DNA of 64,000 bases from Escherichia coli (GCF_036507355.1 NZ_AP027877.1), one strand, 5' to 3'. Positions 33,296 to 45,760 are shown, counted from the stretch's first letter. Notes: generated by a model from the sequence alone, not told the origin. Numbers and translations: made by a program.

Positions 33296-33624
33296 CGGCT
33301 ATTCCTTTATTCACTTATAAACAGGCTAATTAACGGATTTTATTGATGGTATAAATACAAATAACCCATCAATATAAAATATTTATATGTTTGTTTTATA
33401 AGAAGATTTCATAAAGACAATAACAAAAAAGCACGCTTCGGCAAGATAAAACTATCAGCCATAATAAAAAGCGATTAATAGTGAATAAATGTGTTAAGAA
33501 GGAGGCAGACAAAGCAAAGGCCGCTCACGCTATAGCCAGATTAATGACGGGGATCAATTGGCTTACCCGCGATAAAATGTTACCATTCTGTTGCTTTTAT
33601 GTATAAGAACAGGTAAGCCCTACC

Positions 33625-35025
33625 ATGCCACATTCCTACGATTACGATGCCATAGTAATAGGTTCCGGCCCCGGCGGCGAAGGCGCTGCAATGGGCCTGG
33701 TTAAGCAAGGTGCGCGCGTCGCAGTTATCGAGCGTTATCAAAATGTTGGCGGCGGTTGCACCCACTGGGGCACCATCCCGTCGAAAGCTCTCCGTCACGC
33801 CGTCAGCCGCATTATAGAATTCAATCAAAACCCACTATACAGCGACCATTCCCGACTGCTCCGCTCTTCTTTTGCCGATATCCTTAACCATGCCGATAAC
33901 GTGATTAATCAACAAACGCGCATGCGTCAGGGATTTTACGAACGTAATCACTGTGAAATATTGCAGGGGAACGCTCGCTTTGTTGACGAGCATACGTTGG
34001 CGCTGGATTGCCCGGACGGCAGCGTTGAAACACTAACCGCTGAAAAATTTGTTATTGCCTGCGGCTCTCGTCCATATCATCCAACAGATGTTGATTTCAC
34101 CCATCCACGCATTTACGACAGCGACTCAATTCTCAGCATGCACCACGAACCGCGCCATGTACTTATCTATGGTGCTGGAGTGATCGGCTGTGAATATGCG
34201 TCGATCTTCCGCGGTATGGATGTAAAAGTGGATCTGATCAACACCCGCGATCGCCTGCTGGCATTTCTCGATCAAGAGATGTCAGATTCTCTCTCCTATC
34301 ACTTCTGGAACAGTGGCGTAGTGATTCGTCACAACGAAGAGTACGAGAAGATCGAAGGCTGTGACGACGGTGTAATCATGCATCTGAAGTCGGGTAAAAA
34401 ACTGAAAGCCGACTGTCTGCTCTATGCCAACGGCCGCACCGGTAATACCGATTCGCTGGCATTACAGAACATTGGGCTGGAAACTGACAGTCGCGGACAG
34501 CTGAAGGTCAACAGCATGTATCAGACCGCACAGCCGCACGTTTACGCGGTGGGCGACGTGATTGGTTATCCGAGCCTGGCATCAGCGGCCTATGACCAGG
34601 GGCGCATTGCCGCGCAGGCGCTGGTAAAAGGCGAAGCCACCGCACATCTGATTGAAGATATCCCTACCGGCATTTACACCATCCCGGAAATCAGCTCTGT
34701 GGGCAAAACCGAACAGCAGCTGACCGCGATGAAAGTGCCATATGAAGTGGGCCGCGCCCAGTTCAAACATCTGGCACGTGCACAAATCGTCGGCATGAAC
34801 GTGGGCACGCTGAAAATTTTGTTCCATCGGGAAACAAAAGAGATTCTGGGCATTCACTGCTTTGGCGAGCGCGCTGCCGAAATTATTCATATCGGTCAGG
34901 CGATTATGGAACAGAAAGGTGGCGGCAACACTATTGAGTACTTCGTCAACACCACCTTTAACTACCCGACGATGGCGGAAGCCTATCGGGTAGCTGCGTT
35001 AAACGGTTTAAACCGCCTGTTTTAA
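33625..35025 (+). CDS. sthA: soluble pyridine nucleotide transhydrogenase
   Basis: 466 aa [469 protein letters not shown]; FAD/NAD-binding flavoprotein disulfide reductase fold. Confidence 0.95.
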
Positions 35026-35925
35026 CACTTTATCGAAATGGCCATCCATTCTTGCGCGGATGGCCTCTGCCAGCTGCTCATAGCGGCTGCGCAGCGGTGA
35101 GCCAGGACGATAAACCAGGCCAATAGTGCGGCGTGGTTCCGGCTTAATGCACGGCAGATAAACAACCCCATCGCGTTTGCGCTCCGGCGGCACAGCCAGC
35201 GCAGGCAGTAAAGTGATCCCGCTACCTGCCGCCACCATGTTGCGCAGAGTTTCCAGGCTGGTCGCGCGGAAGTGTGTATCTTCATCCGCCCCGGCTTCAA
35301 AACAGAAACCCATTGCCTGATCGCGCAAACAGTGACCATCTTCCAGCATCAGCAGTTTTTCCCCAGCCAGATCGGCCATCGGTACGCATTCGCGGTTCGC
35401 CCACGGGTGGTCTTCATAGATAGCCAGCAACATTGGCTCATCAAACAACGGCACTTCAATGAATGCTTCGCTCTCTTTCACCAGCGCGAGGATCACGCAA
35501 TCGAGTTTGCCGCTGTCCAGTTGCGCCAGTAACTGGTGGGTCTGTGCTTCATGCAGATACATTTCCAGCTTTGGAAAGGTCTGGTGCAGCATCGGGATAA
35601 TATGCGGTAGCAGGTACGGTCCAACCGTGGGAATCAAACCAATATGCAGCGGTCCGGACATCGTCTCGCCCTGCTGGCTTGCCATCTCTTTAAGGACTTT
35701 CACCTCACGCAGCACGGTACGCGCCTGATCCACCAGCAGCATTCCCGCCTGGGTGAACAACACTTTACGGCTGGTCCGCTCCAGCAACATCACGCCCAGC
35801 TCATCTTCCAGCTTACGAATTTGCCCGCTAAGCGTCGGCTGGCTAACGTGGCAGGAATCTGCCGCACGCCGAAAATGGCGGTGTTCAGCCAATGCCACCA
35901 GGTACTCAAGATCACGAATATTCAT
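35008..35925 (-). CDS. oxyR: LysR-family oxidative stress regulator OxyR
   Basis: Start set at [55 protein letters not shown] (305 aa); its 3' end overlaps the sthA 3' end by 18 bp (convergent). Confidence 0.95.
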   Translation of the reverse strand: MNIRDLEYLVALAEHRHFRRAADSCHVSQPTLSGQIRKLEDELGVMLLERTSRKVLFTQAGMLLVDQARTVLREVKVLKEMASQQGETMSGPLHIGLIPTVGPYLLPHIIPMLHQTFPKLEMYLHEAQTHQLLAQLDSGKLDCVILALVKESEAFIEVPLFDEPMLLAIYEDHPWANRECVPMADLAGEKLLMLEDGHCLRDQAMGFCFEAGADEDTHFRATSLETLRNMVAAGSGITLLPALAVPPERKRDGVVYLPCIKPEPRRTIGLVYRPGSPLRSRYEQLAEAIRARMDGHFDKVLKQAV

Positions 35926-36020
35926 TATCCATCCTCCATCGCCACGATAGTTCATGGCGATAGGTAGAATAGCAATGAACGATTATCCCTATCAAGCATT
36001 CTGACTGATAATTGCTCACA

Positions 36021-36135
36021 GAAACGGAGCGGCACCTCTTTTAACCCTTGAAGTCACTGCCCGTTTCGAGAGTTTCTCAACTCGAATAACTAAAGCCAAC
36101 GTGAACTTTTGCGGATCTCCAGGATCCGCTTTTTT
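36021..36135 (+). ncRNA. oxyS: OxyS small regulatory RNA
   Basis: GAAACGGAGCGGCACCTCTTTTAACCCTTGAAGTCACTGCCCGTTTCGAGAGTTTCTCAACTCGAATAACTAAAGCCAACGTGAACTTTTGCGGATCTCCAGGATCCGCTTTTTTTT, divergent from oxyR and ending in a terminator hairpin plus U-run. Confidence 0.9.
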
Positions 36136-36191
36136 TTGCCATAAAAAAGCCCGGCGATAAGCCAGGCTCAAATTTGTACATATAAATGTTC

Positions 36192-37565
36192 TTACCCCAA
36201 CCGCGCCCTTGCAAAAGCAATCGCCTGCGCCACCTGCTGCGGTGAGACGCCGCCTTTTGCCGCACGCTTGTCGAGGCACGATTGCAGCGACAAAATCGGA
36301 TAGACATCTTCGCCAATCACCGGGCTGAATTTCTGCAACTCGTCGAGCGGCAGTTCTTCCAGCGGTTTGCCCTGACGAATGGCTTCCACCACCGCTTCAC
36401 CAACAATATGGTGCGCCTCGCGGAAAGGTACGCCTTTCGCCACCAGGTAATCCGCCAGTTCGGTGGCGTTGGCGTAACCCTGCTGAGCCGCTTCCTGGCA
36501 ACGTGGACGTTTCACCTGGATGCCGTCCAGCACCAGCGCCGCCATATGCAGGCAGTCCAGCCAGGTATCGAGCGCGTCGAACAGACCTTCTTTGTCTTCC
36601 TGCATATCTTTGTTGTAAGCCAGCGGCAAACCTTTCAGCGTCATCATCATGCCGGTTAACGCGCCCTGCACCCGACCGCATTTACCGCGAATCAGCTCCA
36701 GCGCATCCGGGTTTTTCTTCTGCGGCATTAATGATGAACCGGAAGTCACGCGGTCAGAAAGCTCCACAAACCCCGCTTCGCCGGTGTTAAAGAAAATCAG
36801 ATCTTCAGCAAAACGCGACAGATGCACCATGCCGATAGCGGCAGCCGACAGCAGTTCCAGCACGTGGTCACGGTCAGAAACGCTGTCGAGACTGTTACGG
36901 GTCGCTGAAGCAAAGCCCAGCCAGCCAGCTAACTGTTCACGGTCGATCTCATAAGCCGTTCCCGCCAGCGCGCCACAGCCTAACGGACTGACATCCAGAC
37001 GCTTAAGCGCATCCTGCAAACGGCTTTCATCACGCGCCAGCATCTCAACATAGGCCAGGCACCAGTGCGCGAACGTCACCGGCTGGGCGCGTTGCAGGTG
37101 AGTGTAACCTGGCATGACCGCGTCCTGATTGTTTTGTGCGGTTTCCACCAGCGCCGATTGCAGCTGTCGGTTAGCCGTCAGTAACTCGCTAACGGTATCT
37201 TTGCACCACAGTTTCAGGTCAGTCGCTACCTGATCATTACGACTACGCCCGGTATGCAGCTTTTTGCCTAACTGGCCCACTTTGTCGATCAGTTTCCCTT
37301 CCACCCAGCTATGGATATCTTCGGCGTCGCTTTCAAGGATTTGTTGTGGCCTGGCGCGAACATCTTCCAGCAGCACGTTCAGCGCCTCTTCCAGTTGCGC
37401 CTGCTCTTCTGCGGTTAACACGCCGACCGTTACCAGGGCTTTGGACCAGGCCACAGAGCCAACAATATCCTGCTCCGCCAGACGGTAATCAAAGCGCAGT
37501 GAGTCGTTGAATTGTTTGAACCGTTGATCTGCTGCCTGGGTAAAACGCCCGCCCCAAAGTGCCAT
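36192..37565 (-). CDS. argH: argininosuccinate lyase
   Basis: 457 aa [460 protein letters not shown]; fumarate-lyase signature [12 protein letters not shown]. Confidence 0.96.
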   Translation of the reverse strand: MALWGGRFTQAADQRFKQFNDSLRFDYRLAEQDIVGSVAWSKALVTVGVLTAEEQAQLEEALNVLLEDVRARPQQILESDAEDIHSWVEGKLIDKVGQLGKKLHTGRSRNDQVATDLKLWCKDTVSELLTANRQLQSALVETAQNNQDAVMPGYTHLQRAQPVTFAHWCLAYVEMLARDESRLQDALKRLDVSPLGCGALAGTAYEIDREQLAGWLGFASATRNSLDSVSDRDHVLELLSAAAIGMVHLSRFAEDLIFFNTGEAGFVELSDRVTSGSSLMPQKKNPDALELIRGKCGRVQGALTGMMMTLKGLPLAYNKDMQEDKEGLFDALDTWLDCLHMAALVLDGIQVKRPRCQEAAQQGYANATELADYLVAKGVPFREAHHIVGEAVVEAIRQGKPLEELPLDELQKFSPVIGEDVYPILSLQSCLDKRAAKGGVSPQQVAQAIAFARARLG

Positions 37566-37625
37566 AACTCTGTTTCCTTATTTTGAAATTCAATGCCGGA
37601 AAGCTGCGCCTCCGGCCAACAAAAC

Positions 37626-38402
37626 TTAAGCTAAAATCCGCGTACCCATCGGCATACCGTTAAACAGTGCCGGAAGCTGCTCCGCATGACGCCAGGAGGC
37701 GATATCTACCGGACGGCCCAACGTGCGCGCAGCATCCAGCGCCGCGTTCACTTTCACTATCATGCCGTCAGTAATAATGCCCTGCTCAATCAGTTGTTCT
37801 GCTTTCGCGGCGGTCATTTCGGCAATACGTTGCCCTTTGCCGTCGAGAATGCCACTGACGTCGGAGAGCAAAATCAGATCCGCGCCCAGCGTTGCCGCCA
37901 GCGCCGTTGCCGCCTGGTCGGCATTGACGTTCATCAGTTGCCCTTCGTCTGTTACGCCAATGGAGCTGACCACCGGCAGATAACCGTTCTCCAGCAAGGA
38001 GTTGATAAGCTTAGGCGAACCTGGCTGCGCCAGTCCAACATGACCTAACTCTTCATCAAGCTGGGTCACTTTGACGCTGTCGCCGTCACCGAGAAACAAA
38101 CCTACGGCCGCAATCTGATGTTTCTTCGCCCATGCCAGCAGGGTTTTATTTGCCGTTCCCGCCAGTGCTCCAGTGATAATGTCTATCTGATCCGCAGGCG
38201 TCACCCGCAGGCCATTTTTCTTTTTCACCGGCAGATTCAGCCCTTTCATCAGCTCATCCACCACGCAACCGCCGCCGTGGACAATCACCAGCGGACGCTG
38301 ATGTGACTCACGATAATTCACCAGTGCGCTAAACAGACGCTCCAGCGCCTCTTCACTATCCAGCAGTACGCCACCCAGTTTGATAATTAATGGATTCATC
38401 AT
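37626..38402 (-). CDS. argB: acetylglutamate kinase
   Basis: Start set at [14 protein letters not shown] (258 aa); amino-acid kinase fold. Confidence 0.93.
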
Positions 38403-38409
38403 TGCACCC

Positions 38410-39414
38410 TTAAATAAGAGACTGCGTTTCCGCATAGCCGAAACGAATATTGGCGCACTGTACCGCTTGTGCCGCCGCGCCTTTCAGTAAGTTGTCTTCG
38501 GTCGCCACAATAATCAGATGTTCGCCCTGAACGGCAAACCCGATATCGCAAAATGGTAGCCCAACGACATTTTTCAGCGCCGGAACGCCTTTGTCATACA
38601 GCCGCACCAGCGGTTTATGGGCATACGCCTGCTGTAACACTTGCGCGACTTGCGCCTGGGTCACACCCGGTTTCAGGCGGCAGGTAATGGTTTCGAGAAT
38701 GCCGCGCGGGAAATTGCCCAGATGCGGGGTGAAGATAACGTCAGCACCGAGGTGTGTGGCGATCTCTGGTTGATGGCGATGAGTAAAGACGCCATACGGT
38801 TGCAGGCTAACTTCACAAAAACTATTTGAAATCGCTGCCTTACGTCCTGCACCGCTCACGCCGCTGGTGGCGTTGATCACCGGCCACTGATTGAGGTCAA
38901 GAAGATCGGCATCAATCAACGGTTTCAGCGCCAGCTGTGCCGCCGTCGGATAACAGCCTGGCACCGCAATCAAATTCGCTTCTTTTAATTTATTACCGCT
39001 CCACTCCGCCAGACCGTAGGCTGCCTGTTCCAGCAGTTCCGGGTATTGATGGGTAAAGCCGTAATATTTTTCATAGAAGGTGGCGTCGTTAACACGAAAC
39101 GCGCCGGAAAGGTCGAACACCACGCAGCCCGCTTCAAGAAACTGCGGCGCTAAATCGTGGCTAACTTCATGGGCGGTGGCGAGAAACACTACGTCCACCC
39201 CTGGGCTAAACTCGCTGATATCCGACATCGGCTGCAACGGCAGATCAACGATGCCTTTTAGCTGCGGATGCAAATCGGAGATTAACTTTCCCGCATCATT
39301 GCTTTGCGCTGAAACAGTCAAAGCGGTTATGTTCATATGCGGATGGCGATTTACATAGGTCACTAGCTCTGCGCCAGCGTAGCCGCTGGCACCCACAATC
39401 AGCGTATTCAACAT
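38410..39414 (-). CDS. argC: N-acetyl-gamma-glutamyl-phosphate reductase
   Basis: 334 aa [337 protein letters not shown]. Confidence 0.95.
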
Positions 39415-39499
39415 CGGGGCTATTCACCTTCTTATGTCTGGTTGCCAGGTTAAACGTAAAACATTCACCTTACGGCTGGTGGGTTTTATTACGCTCAAC

Positions 39500-39545
39500 G
39501 TTAGTGTATTTTTATTCATAAATACTGCATGAATATTGATACTAT
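39500..39545. promoter_or_regulatory. ARG boxes (ArgR operators) in the divergent argE / argCBH control region
   Basis: tATTCATaaatacTGcATGAATattgat contains two adjacent copies of the TnTGAATwwwwATTCAnw-like ARG box. Confidence 0.65.
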
Positions 39546-39567
39546 CATGACCAGAGGTGTGTCAACA

Positions 39568-40719
39568 ATGAAAAACAAATTACCGCCATTTATCGAGATT
39601 TACCGTGCTCTGATTGCCACACCTTCAATAAGCGCCACGGAAGAGGCACTCGATCAAAGCAATGCAGATTTAATCACTCTGCTGGCGGACTGGTTTAAAG
39701 ATTTAGGCTTCAATGTGGAAGTGCAGCCTGTGCCAGGAACTCGCAACAAATTTAATATGCTGGCAAGTACCGGACAGGGGGCTGGCGGCTTGTTGCTGGC
39801 GGGGCATACCGATACAGTGCCATTTGATGACGGTCGCTGGACGCGCGATCCGTTTACACTGACGGAGCATGACGGCAAGCTTTACGGCTTAGGCACCGCC
39901 GACATGAAAGGCTTTTTTGCGTTTATCCTTGATGCGCTACGCGATGTCGACGTCACGAAACTGAAAAAACCGCTCTACATTCTGGCGACTGCTGATGAAG
40001 AAACCAGTATGGCCGGAGCGCGTTATTTTGCCGAAACTACCGCCCTGCGCCCGGATTGCGCCATCATTGGCGAACCGACGTCACTACAACCGGTACGCGC
40101 ACATAAAGGTCATATCTCTAACGCCATCCGTATTCAGGGCCAGTCGGGGCACTCCAGCGATCCAGCACGCGGAGTTAACGCTATCGAACTAATGCACGAC
40201 GCCATCGGGCATATTTTGCAATTGCGCGATAACCTGAAAGAACGTTATCACTACGAAGCGTTTACCGTGCCATACCCTACGCTCAACCTCGGGCATATTC
40301 ACGGTGGCGACGCTTCTAACCGTATTTGCGCTTGCTGTGAGTTGCATATGGATATTCGTCCGCTGCCTGGCATGACACTCAATGAACTTAATGGTTTGCT
40401 CAACGATGCATTGGCTCCGGTGAGCGAACGCTGGCCGGGTCGTCTGACGGTCGACGAGCTGCATCCGCCGATCCCTGGCTATGAATGCCCACCGAATCAT
40501 CAACTGGTTGAAGTGGTTGAGAAATTGCTCGGAGCAAAGACCGAAGTGGTGAATTACTGTACCGAAGCGCCGTTTATTCAAACGTTATGCCCGACGCTGG
40601 TTCTGGGGCCGGGTTCAATCAATCAAGCCCATCAGCCTGATGAATATCTGGAGACGAGGTTTCTCAAGCCCACCCGCGAACTGATCACCCAGGTGATTCA
40701 CCATTTTTGCTGGCATTAA
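39568..40719 (+). CDS. argE: acetylornithine deacetylase
   Basis: Start set at [26 protein letters not shown] (383 aa); M20-family deacetylase. Confidence 0.95.
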   Translation: MKNKLPPFIEIYRALIATPSISATEEALDQSNADLITLLADWFKDLGFNVEVQPVPGTRNKFNMLASTGQGAGGLLLAGHTDTVPFDDGRWTRDPFTLTEHDGKLYGLGTADMKGFFAFILDALRDVDVTKLKKPLYILATADEETSMAGARYFAETTALRPDCAIIGEPTSLQPVRAHKGHISNAIRIQGQSGHSSDPARGVNAIELMHDAIGHILQLRDNLKERYHYEAFTVPYPTLNLGHIHGGDASNRICACCELHMDIRPLPGMTLNELNGLLNDALAPVSERWPGRLTVDELHPPIPGYECPPNHQLVEVVEKLLGAKTEVVNYCTEAPFIQTLCPTLVLGPGSINQAHQPDEYLETRFLKPTRELITQVIHHFCWH

Positions 40720-40722
40720 AAC

Positions 40723-40946
40723 GTAGGCCGGATAAGGCGCTCGCGCCGCATCCGGCGCTGTTGCCAAACTCCAGTGCCGCAATAATGTCGGATGCGATGC
40801 TTGCGCATCTTATCCGACCTACAGTGACTCAAACGATGCCCAACCGTAGGCCGGATAAGGCGCTCGCGCCGCATCCGGCACTGTTGCCAAACTCCAGTGC
40901 CGCAATAATGTCGGATGCGATACTTGCGCATCTTATCCGACCTACA
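40723..40946. repeat. REP/BIME cluster: a roughly 101 bp unit containing palindromic units, duplicated in tandem (period 123 bp)
   Basis: gtaggccggataaggcgctcgcgccgcatccggc...gtcggatgcgat.cttgcgcatcttatccgacctaca occurs twice, at 40723 and 40846, with two mismatches. Confidence 0.9.
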
Positions 40947-41193
40947 CCTTTGGTGTTACTTGAGGCGATTTTTTAACATTCCCATAAGTTACGCTTATTT
41001 AAAGCGTCGTGAATTTAATGACGTAAATTCCTGCTATTTATTCGTTTGCTGAAGCGATTTCGCAGCATTTGACGTCATCGCTTTTACGTGGCTTTATAAA
41101 AGACGACGAAAAGCAAAGCCCGAGCATATTCGCGCCAATGCGACGTGAAGGATACAGGGCTATCAAACGATAAGATGGGGTGTCTGGGGTAAT

Positions 41194-43845
41194 ATGAACG
41201 AACAATATTCCGCATTGCGTAGTAATGTCAGTATGCTCGGCAAAGTGCTGGGAGAAACCATCAAGGATGCGTTGGGAGAACACATTCTTGAACGCGTAGA
41301 AACTATCCGTAAGTTGTCCAAATCTTCACGCGCTGGCAATGATGCTAACCGCCAGGAGTTACTCACCACCTTACAAAATTTGTCGAACGACGAGCTGCTG
41401 CCCGTTGCGCGTGCGTTTAGTCAGTTCCTGAACCTGGCCAACACCGCCGAGCAATACCACAGCATTTCGCCGAAAGGCGAAGCTGCCAGCAACCCGGAAG
41501 TGATCGCCCGCACCCTGCGCAAACTGAAAAACCAGCCGGAACTGAGCGAAGACACCATCAAAAAAGCAGTGGAATCGCTGTCGCTGGAACTGGTCCTCAC
41601 GGCTCACCCAACCGAAATTACCCGTCGTACACTGATCCACAAAATGGTGGAAGTGAACGCCTGTTTAAAACAGCTCGATAACAAAGATATCGCTGACTAC
41701 GAACACAACCAGCTGATGCGCCGCCTGCGCCAGTTGATCGCCCAGTCATGGCATACCGATGAAATCCGTAAGCTGCGTCCAAGCCCGGTAGATGAAGCCA
41801 AATGGGGCTTTGCCGTAGTAGAAAACAGCCTGTGGCAAGGCGTACCGAATTACCTGCGCGAACTGAACGAACAACTGGAAGAGAACCTCGGCTACAAACT
41901 GCCCGTCGAATTTGTTCCGGTACGTTTTACCTCGTGGATGGGCGGTGACCGCGACGGCAACCCAAACGTCACTGCCGATATCACCCGCCACGTCCTGCTG
42001 CTCAGCCGTTGGAAAGCCACCGATCTGTTCCTGAAAGATATTCAGGTGCTGGTTTCTGAACTGTCGATGGTTGAAGCGACCCCTGAACTGCTGGCGCTGG
42101 TTGGCGAAGAAGGTGCCGCAGAACCGTATCGCTATCTGATGAAAAACCTGCGTTCTCGCCTGATGGCGACACAGGCATGGCTGGAAGCGCGCCTGAAAGG
42201 CGAAGAACTGCCAAAACCAGAAGGCCTGCTGACACAAAACGAAGAACTGTGGGAACCGCTCTACGCTTGCTACCAGTCACTTCAGGCGTGTGGCATGGGT
42301 ATTATCGCCAACGGCGATCTGCTCGACACCCTGCGCCGCGTGAAATGTTTCGGCGTACCGCTGGTCCGTATTGATATCCGTCAGGAGAGCACCCGCCATA
42401 CCGAAGCGCTGGGCGAGCTGACTCGCTACCTCGGTATCGGCGACTACGAAAGCTGGTCAGAGGCCGACAAACAGGCGTTCCTGATCCGCGAACTGAACTC
42501 CAAACGTCCGCTTCTGCCGCGCAACTGGCAACCAAGCGCCGAAACGCGCGAAGTGCTCGATACCTGCCAGGTGATTGCCGAAGCGCCGCAAGGCTCCATT
42601 GCCGCCTACGTGATCTCGATGGCGAAAACGCCATCCGACGTGCTGGCTGTCCACCTGCTGCTGAAAGAAGCGGGTATCGGGTTTGCGATGCCGGTTGCTC
42701 CGCTGTTTGAAACCCTCGATGACCTGAACAACGCCAACGATGTCATGACCCAGCTGCTCAATATCGACTGGTATCGCGGCCTGATTCAGGGCAAACAGAT
42801 GGTGATGATTGGCTATTCCGACTCAGCAAAAGATGCGGGCGTGATGGCAGCGTCCTGGGCGCAATATCAGGCACAGGATGCATTAATCAAAACCTGCGAA
42901 AAAGCGGGTATTGAGCTGACGTTGTTCCACGGTCGCGGCGGTTCCATTGGTCGCGGCGGCGCACCTGCTCATGCGGCGCTGCTGTCACAACCGCCAGGAA
43001 GCCTGAAAGGTGGCCTGCGCGTGACTGAACAGGGCGAGATGATCCGCTTTAAATATGGTCTGCCAGAAATCACCGTCAGCAGCCTGTCGCTTTACACCGG
43101 GGCGATTCTGGAAGCCAACCTGCTGCCACCACCTGAGCCGAAAGAGAGCTGGCGTCGCATTATGGATGAACTATCAGTCATCTCCTGCGATCTCTACCGT
43201 GGCTACGTACGTGAAAACAAAGATTTTGTGCCTTACTTCCGCTCCGCTACGCCGGAACAGGAACTGGGCAAACTGCCGTTGGGTTCACGTCCGGCGAAAC
43301 GTCGCCCAACCGGCGGCGTCGAGTCACTACGCGCCATTCCGTGGATCTTCGCCTGGACGCAAAACCGTCTGATGCTCCCCGCCTGGCTGGGTGCAGGTAC
43401 GGCGCTGCAAAAAGTGGTCGAAGATGGCAAACAGAGCGAGCTGGAGGCTATGTGCCGCGATTGGCCATTCTTCTCGACGCGTCTCGGCATGCTGGAGATG
43501 GTCTTCGCCAAAGCAGACCTGTGGCTGGCGGAATACTATGACCAACGCCTGGTAGACAAAGCACTGTGGCCGTTAGGTAAAGAGTTACGCAATCTGCAAG
43601 AAGAAGACATCAAAGTGGTGCTGGCGATTGCCAACGATTCCCATCTGATGGCCGATCTGCCGTGGATTGCAGAGTCTATTCAGCTACGGAATATTTACAC
43701 CGACCCGCTGAACGTATTGCAAGCCGAGTTGCTGCACCGCTCCCGCCAGGCAGAAAAAGAAGGCCAAGAACCGGATCCTCGCGTCGAGCAGGCGTTAATG
43801 GTCACTATTGCCGGGATTGCGGCAGGTATGCGTAATACCGGCTAA
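41194..43845 (+). CDS. ppc: phosphoenolpyruvate carboxylase
   Basis: 883 aa [886 protein letters not shown]; PEPCase motifs VLTAHPTE and [10 protein letters not shown]. Confidence 0.97.
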
Positions 43846-43859
43846 TCTTCCTCTCCTGC

Positions 43860-43892
43860 AAACCCTCGTGCTTTTGCGCGAGGGTTTTCTGA
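43860..43892 (+). terminator. ppc intrinsic terminator
   Basis: aaaccctcgtgc-tttt-gcgcgagggtttt hairpin followed by a T-run, 15 nt after the ppc stop. Confidence 0.8.
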
Positions 43893-44026
43893 AATACTTC
43901 TGTTCTAACACCCTCGTTTTCAATATATTTCTGTCTGCATTTTATTCAAATTCTGGATATCCCTTCAGATATCCTTAAGGAATTGTCGTTACATTCGGCG
44001 ATATTTTTTCAAGACAGGTTCTTACT

Positions 44027-45760
44027 ATGCATTCCACAGAAGTCCAGGCTAAACCTCTTTTTAGCTGGAAAGCCCTGGGTTGGGCACTGCTCTACTTTTG
44101 GTTTTTCTCTACTCTGCTACAGGCCATTATTTACATCAGTGGTTATAGTGGCACCAACGGCATTCGCGACTCGCTGTTATTCAGCTCGCTGTGGTTAATT
44201 CCGGTATTCCTCTTTCCGAAGCGGATCAAAATTATTGCCGCAGTGATCGGCGTGGTGCTATGGGCGGCCTCTCTGGCGGCGCTGTGCTACTACGTCATCT
44301 ACGGTCAGGAGTTCTCGCAGAGCGTTCTGTTTGTGATGTTCGAAACCAACACCAACGAAGCCAGCGAGTATTTAAGCCAGTATTTCAGCCTGAAAATTGT
44401 GCTTATCGCGCTGGCCTATACGGCGGTGGCAGTTCTGCTGTGGACACGCCTGCGTCCGGTCTATATTCCAAAGCCGTGGCGTTATGTTGTCTCTTTTGCC
44501 CTGCTTTATGGCTTGATTCTGCATCCGATCGCCATGAATACGTTTATCAAAAACAAGCCGTTTGAGAAAACGTTGGATAACCTGGCCTCGCGTATGGAGC
44601 CTGCCGCACCGTGGCAATTCCTGACCGGCTATTATCAGTATCGTCAGCAACTAAACTCGCTAACAAAGCTACTGAATGAAAATAATGCCTTGCCGCCGCT
44701 GGCTAATTTCAAAGATGAATCGGGTAACGAACCGCGCACCTTAGTGCTGGTGATTGGCGAGTCAACCCAGCGTGGACGCATGAGTCTGTACGGTTATCCG
44801 CGTGAAACCACGCCGGAGCTGGATGCGCTGCATAAAACCGATCCGAATCTAACCGTGTTTAATAACGTAGTTACGTCTCGTCCGTACACCATTGAAATCC
44901 TGCAACAGGCGCTGACCTTTGCCAATGAAAAGAACCCGGATCTGTATCTGACGCAGCCGTCGCTGATGAACATGATGAAACAGGCGGGTTATAAAACCTT
45001 CTGGATCACCAACCAGCAGACGATGACCGCCCGCAATACCATGCTGACGGTATTTTCGCGCCAGACCGACAAGCAGTACTACATGAACCAGCAACGTACA
45101 CAGAGTGCGCGTGAATACGACACCAACGTGCTGAAGCCGTTCCAGGAAGTGCTGAATGACCCTGCGCCGAAGAAACTGATCATCGTTCATCTGCTGGGTA
45201 CGCATATCAAATACAAATACCGCTACCCGGAAAATCAGGGCAAGTTTGATGGCAATACCGATCATGTTCCACCGGGATTAAGCGCAGAAGAGCTGGAGTC
45301 ATATAACGATTACGACAACGCTAACCTGTATAACGATCATGTGGTTGCCAGCCTGATTAAAGACTTTAAAGCGGCAGACCCGAACGGATTCCTGGTTTAC
45401 TTCTCTGACCACGGTGAAGAGGTTTACGACACACCGCCGCACAAAACTCAGGGGCGTAACGAAGACAACCCGACGCGTCATATGTATACCATTCCGTTCC
45501 TGCTGTGGACGTCGGAAAAATGGCAAGCGACTCATCCGCGTGATTTCTCACAGGATGTTGATCGTAAATACAGCCTGGCGGAACTGATCCACACCTGGTC
45601 AGATTTGGCGGGCTTATCTTACGACGGTTACGATCCAACCCGTTCAGTGGTGAATCCGCAGTTCAAAGAAACTACCCGCTGGATTGGTAACCCGTACAAG
45701 AAAAACGCGCTGATCGATTACGACACGCTGCCATATGGCGACCAGGTAGGTAATCAGTAA
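44027..45760 (+). CDS. eptC: phosphoethanolamine transferase (lipid A / LPS core modification; sulfatase-like domain)
   Basis: 577 aa ORF with an N-terminal multi-span membrane region and a C-terminal sulfatase-type domain; position matches yijP/eptC. Confidence 0.9.
   Translation: MHSTEVQAKPLFSWKALGWALLYFWFFSTLLQAIIYISGYSGTNGIRDSLLFSSLWLIPVFLFPKRIKIIAAVIGVVLWAASLAALCYYVIYGQEFSQSVLFVMFETNTNEASEYLSQYFSLKIVLIALAYTAVAVLLWTRLRPVYIPKPWRYVVSFALLYGLILHPIAMNTFIKNKPFEKTLDNLASRMEPAAPWQFLTGYYQYRQQLNSLTKLLNENNALPPLANFKDESGNEPRTLVLVIGESTQRGRMSLYGYPRETTPELDALHKTDPNLTVFNNVVTSRPYTIEILQQALTFANEKNPDLYLTQPSLMNMMKQAGYKTFWITNQQTMTARNTMLTVFSRQTDKQYYMNQQRTQSAREYDTNVLKPFQEVLNDPAPKKLIIVHLLGTHIKYKYRYPENQGKFDGNTDHVPPGLSAEELESYNDYDNANLYNDHVVASLIKDFKAADPNGFLVYFSDHGEEVYDTPPHKTQGRNEDNPTRHMYTIPFLLWTSEKWQATHPRDFSQDVDRKYSLAELIHTWSDLAGLSYDGYDPTRSVVNPQFKETTRWIGNPYKKNALIDYDTLPYGDQVGNQ

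Noticed and set aside
30759-33624. The possibility that the fabR-sthA insert is a mobile element or defence island.
   Set aside because: No integrase, transposase, inverted or direct terminal repeats, tRNA attachment site, or nuclease/ATPase/toxin-like genes are present; both genes have ordinary metabolic and transport signatures.
40707-40976. ORFs of 89 aa (+) and 71 aa (-) with internally repeated peptide sequence.
   Set aside because: They coincide exactly with the tandem REP/BIME repeats; the repetition is at the DNA level and extragenic.
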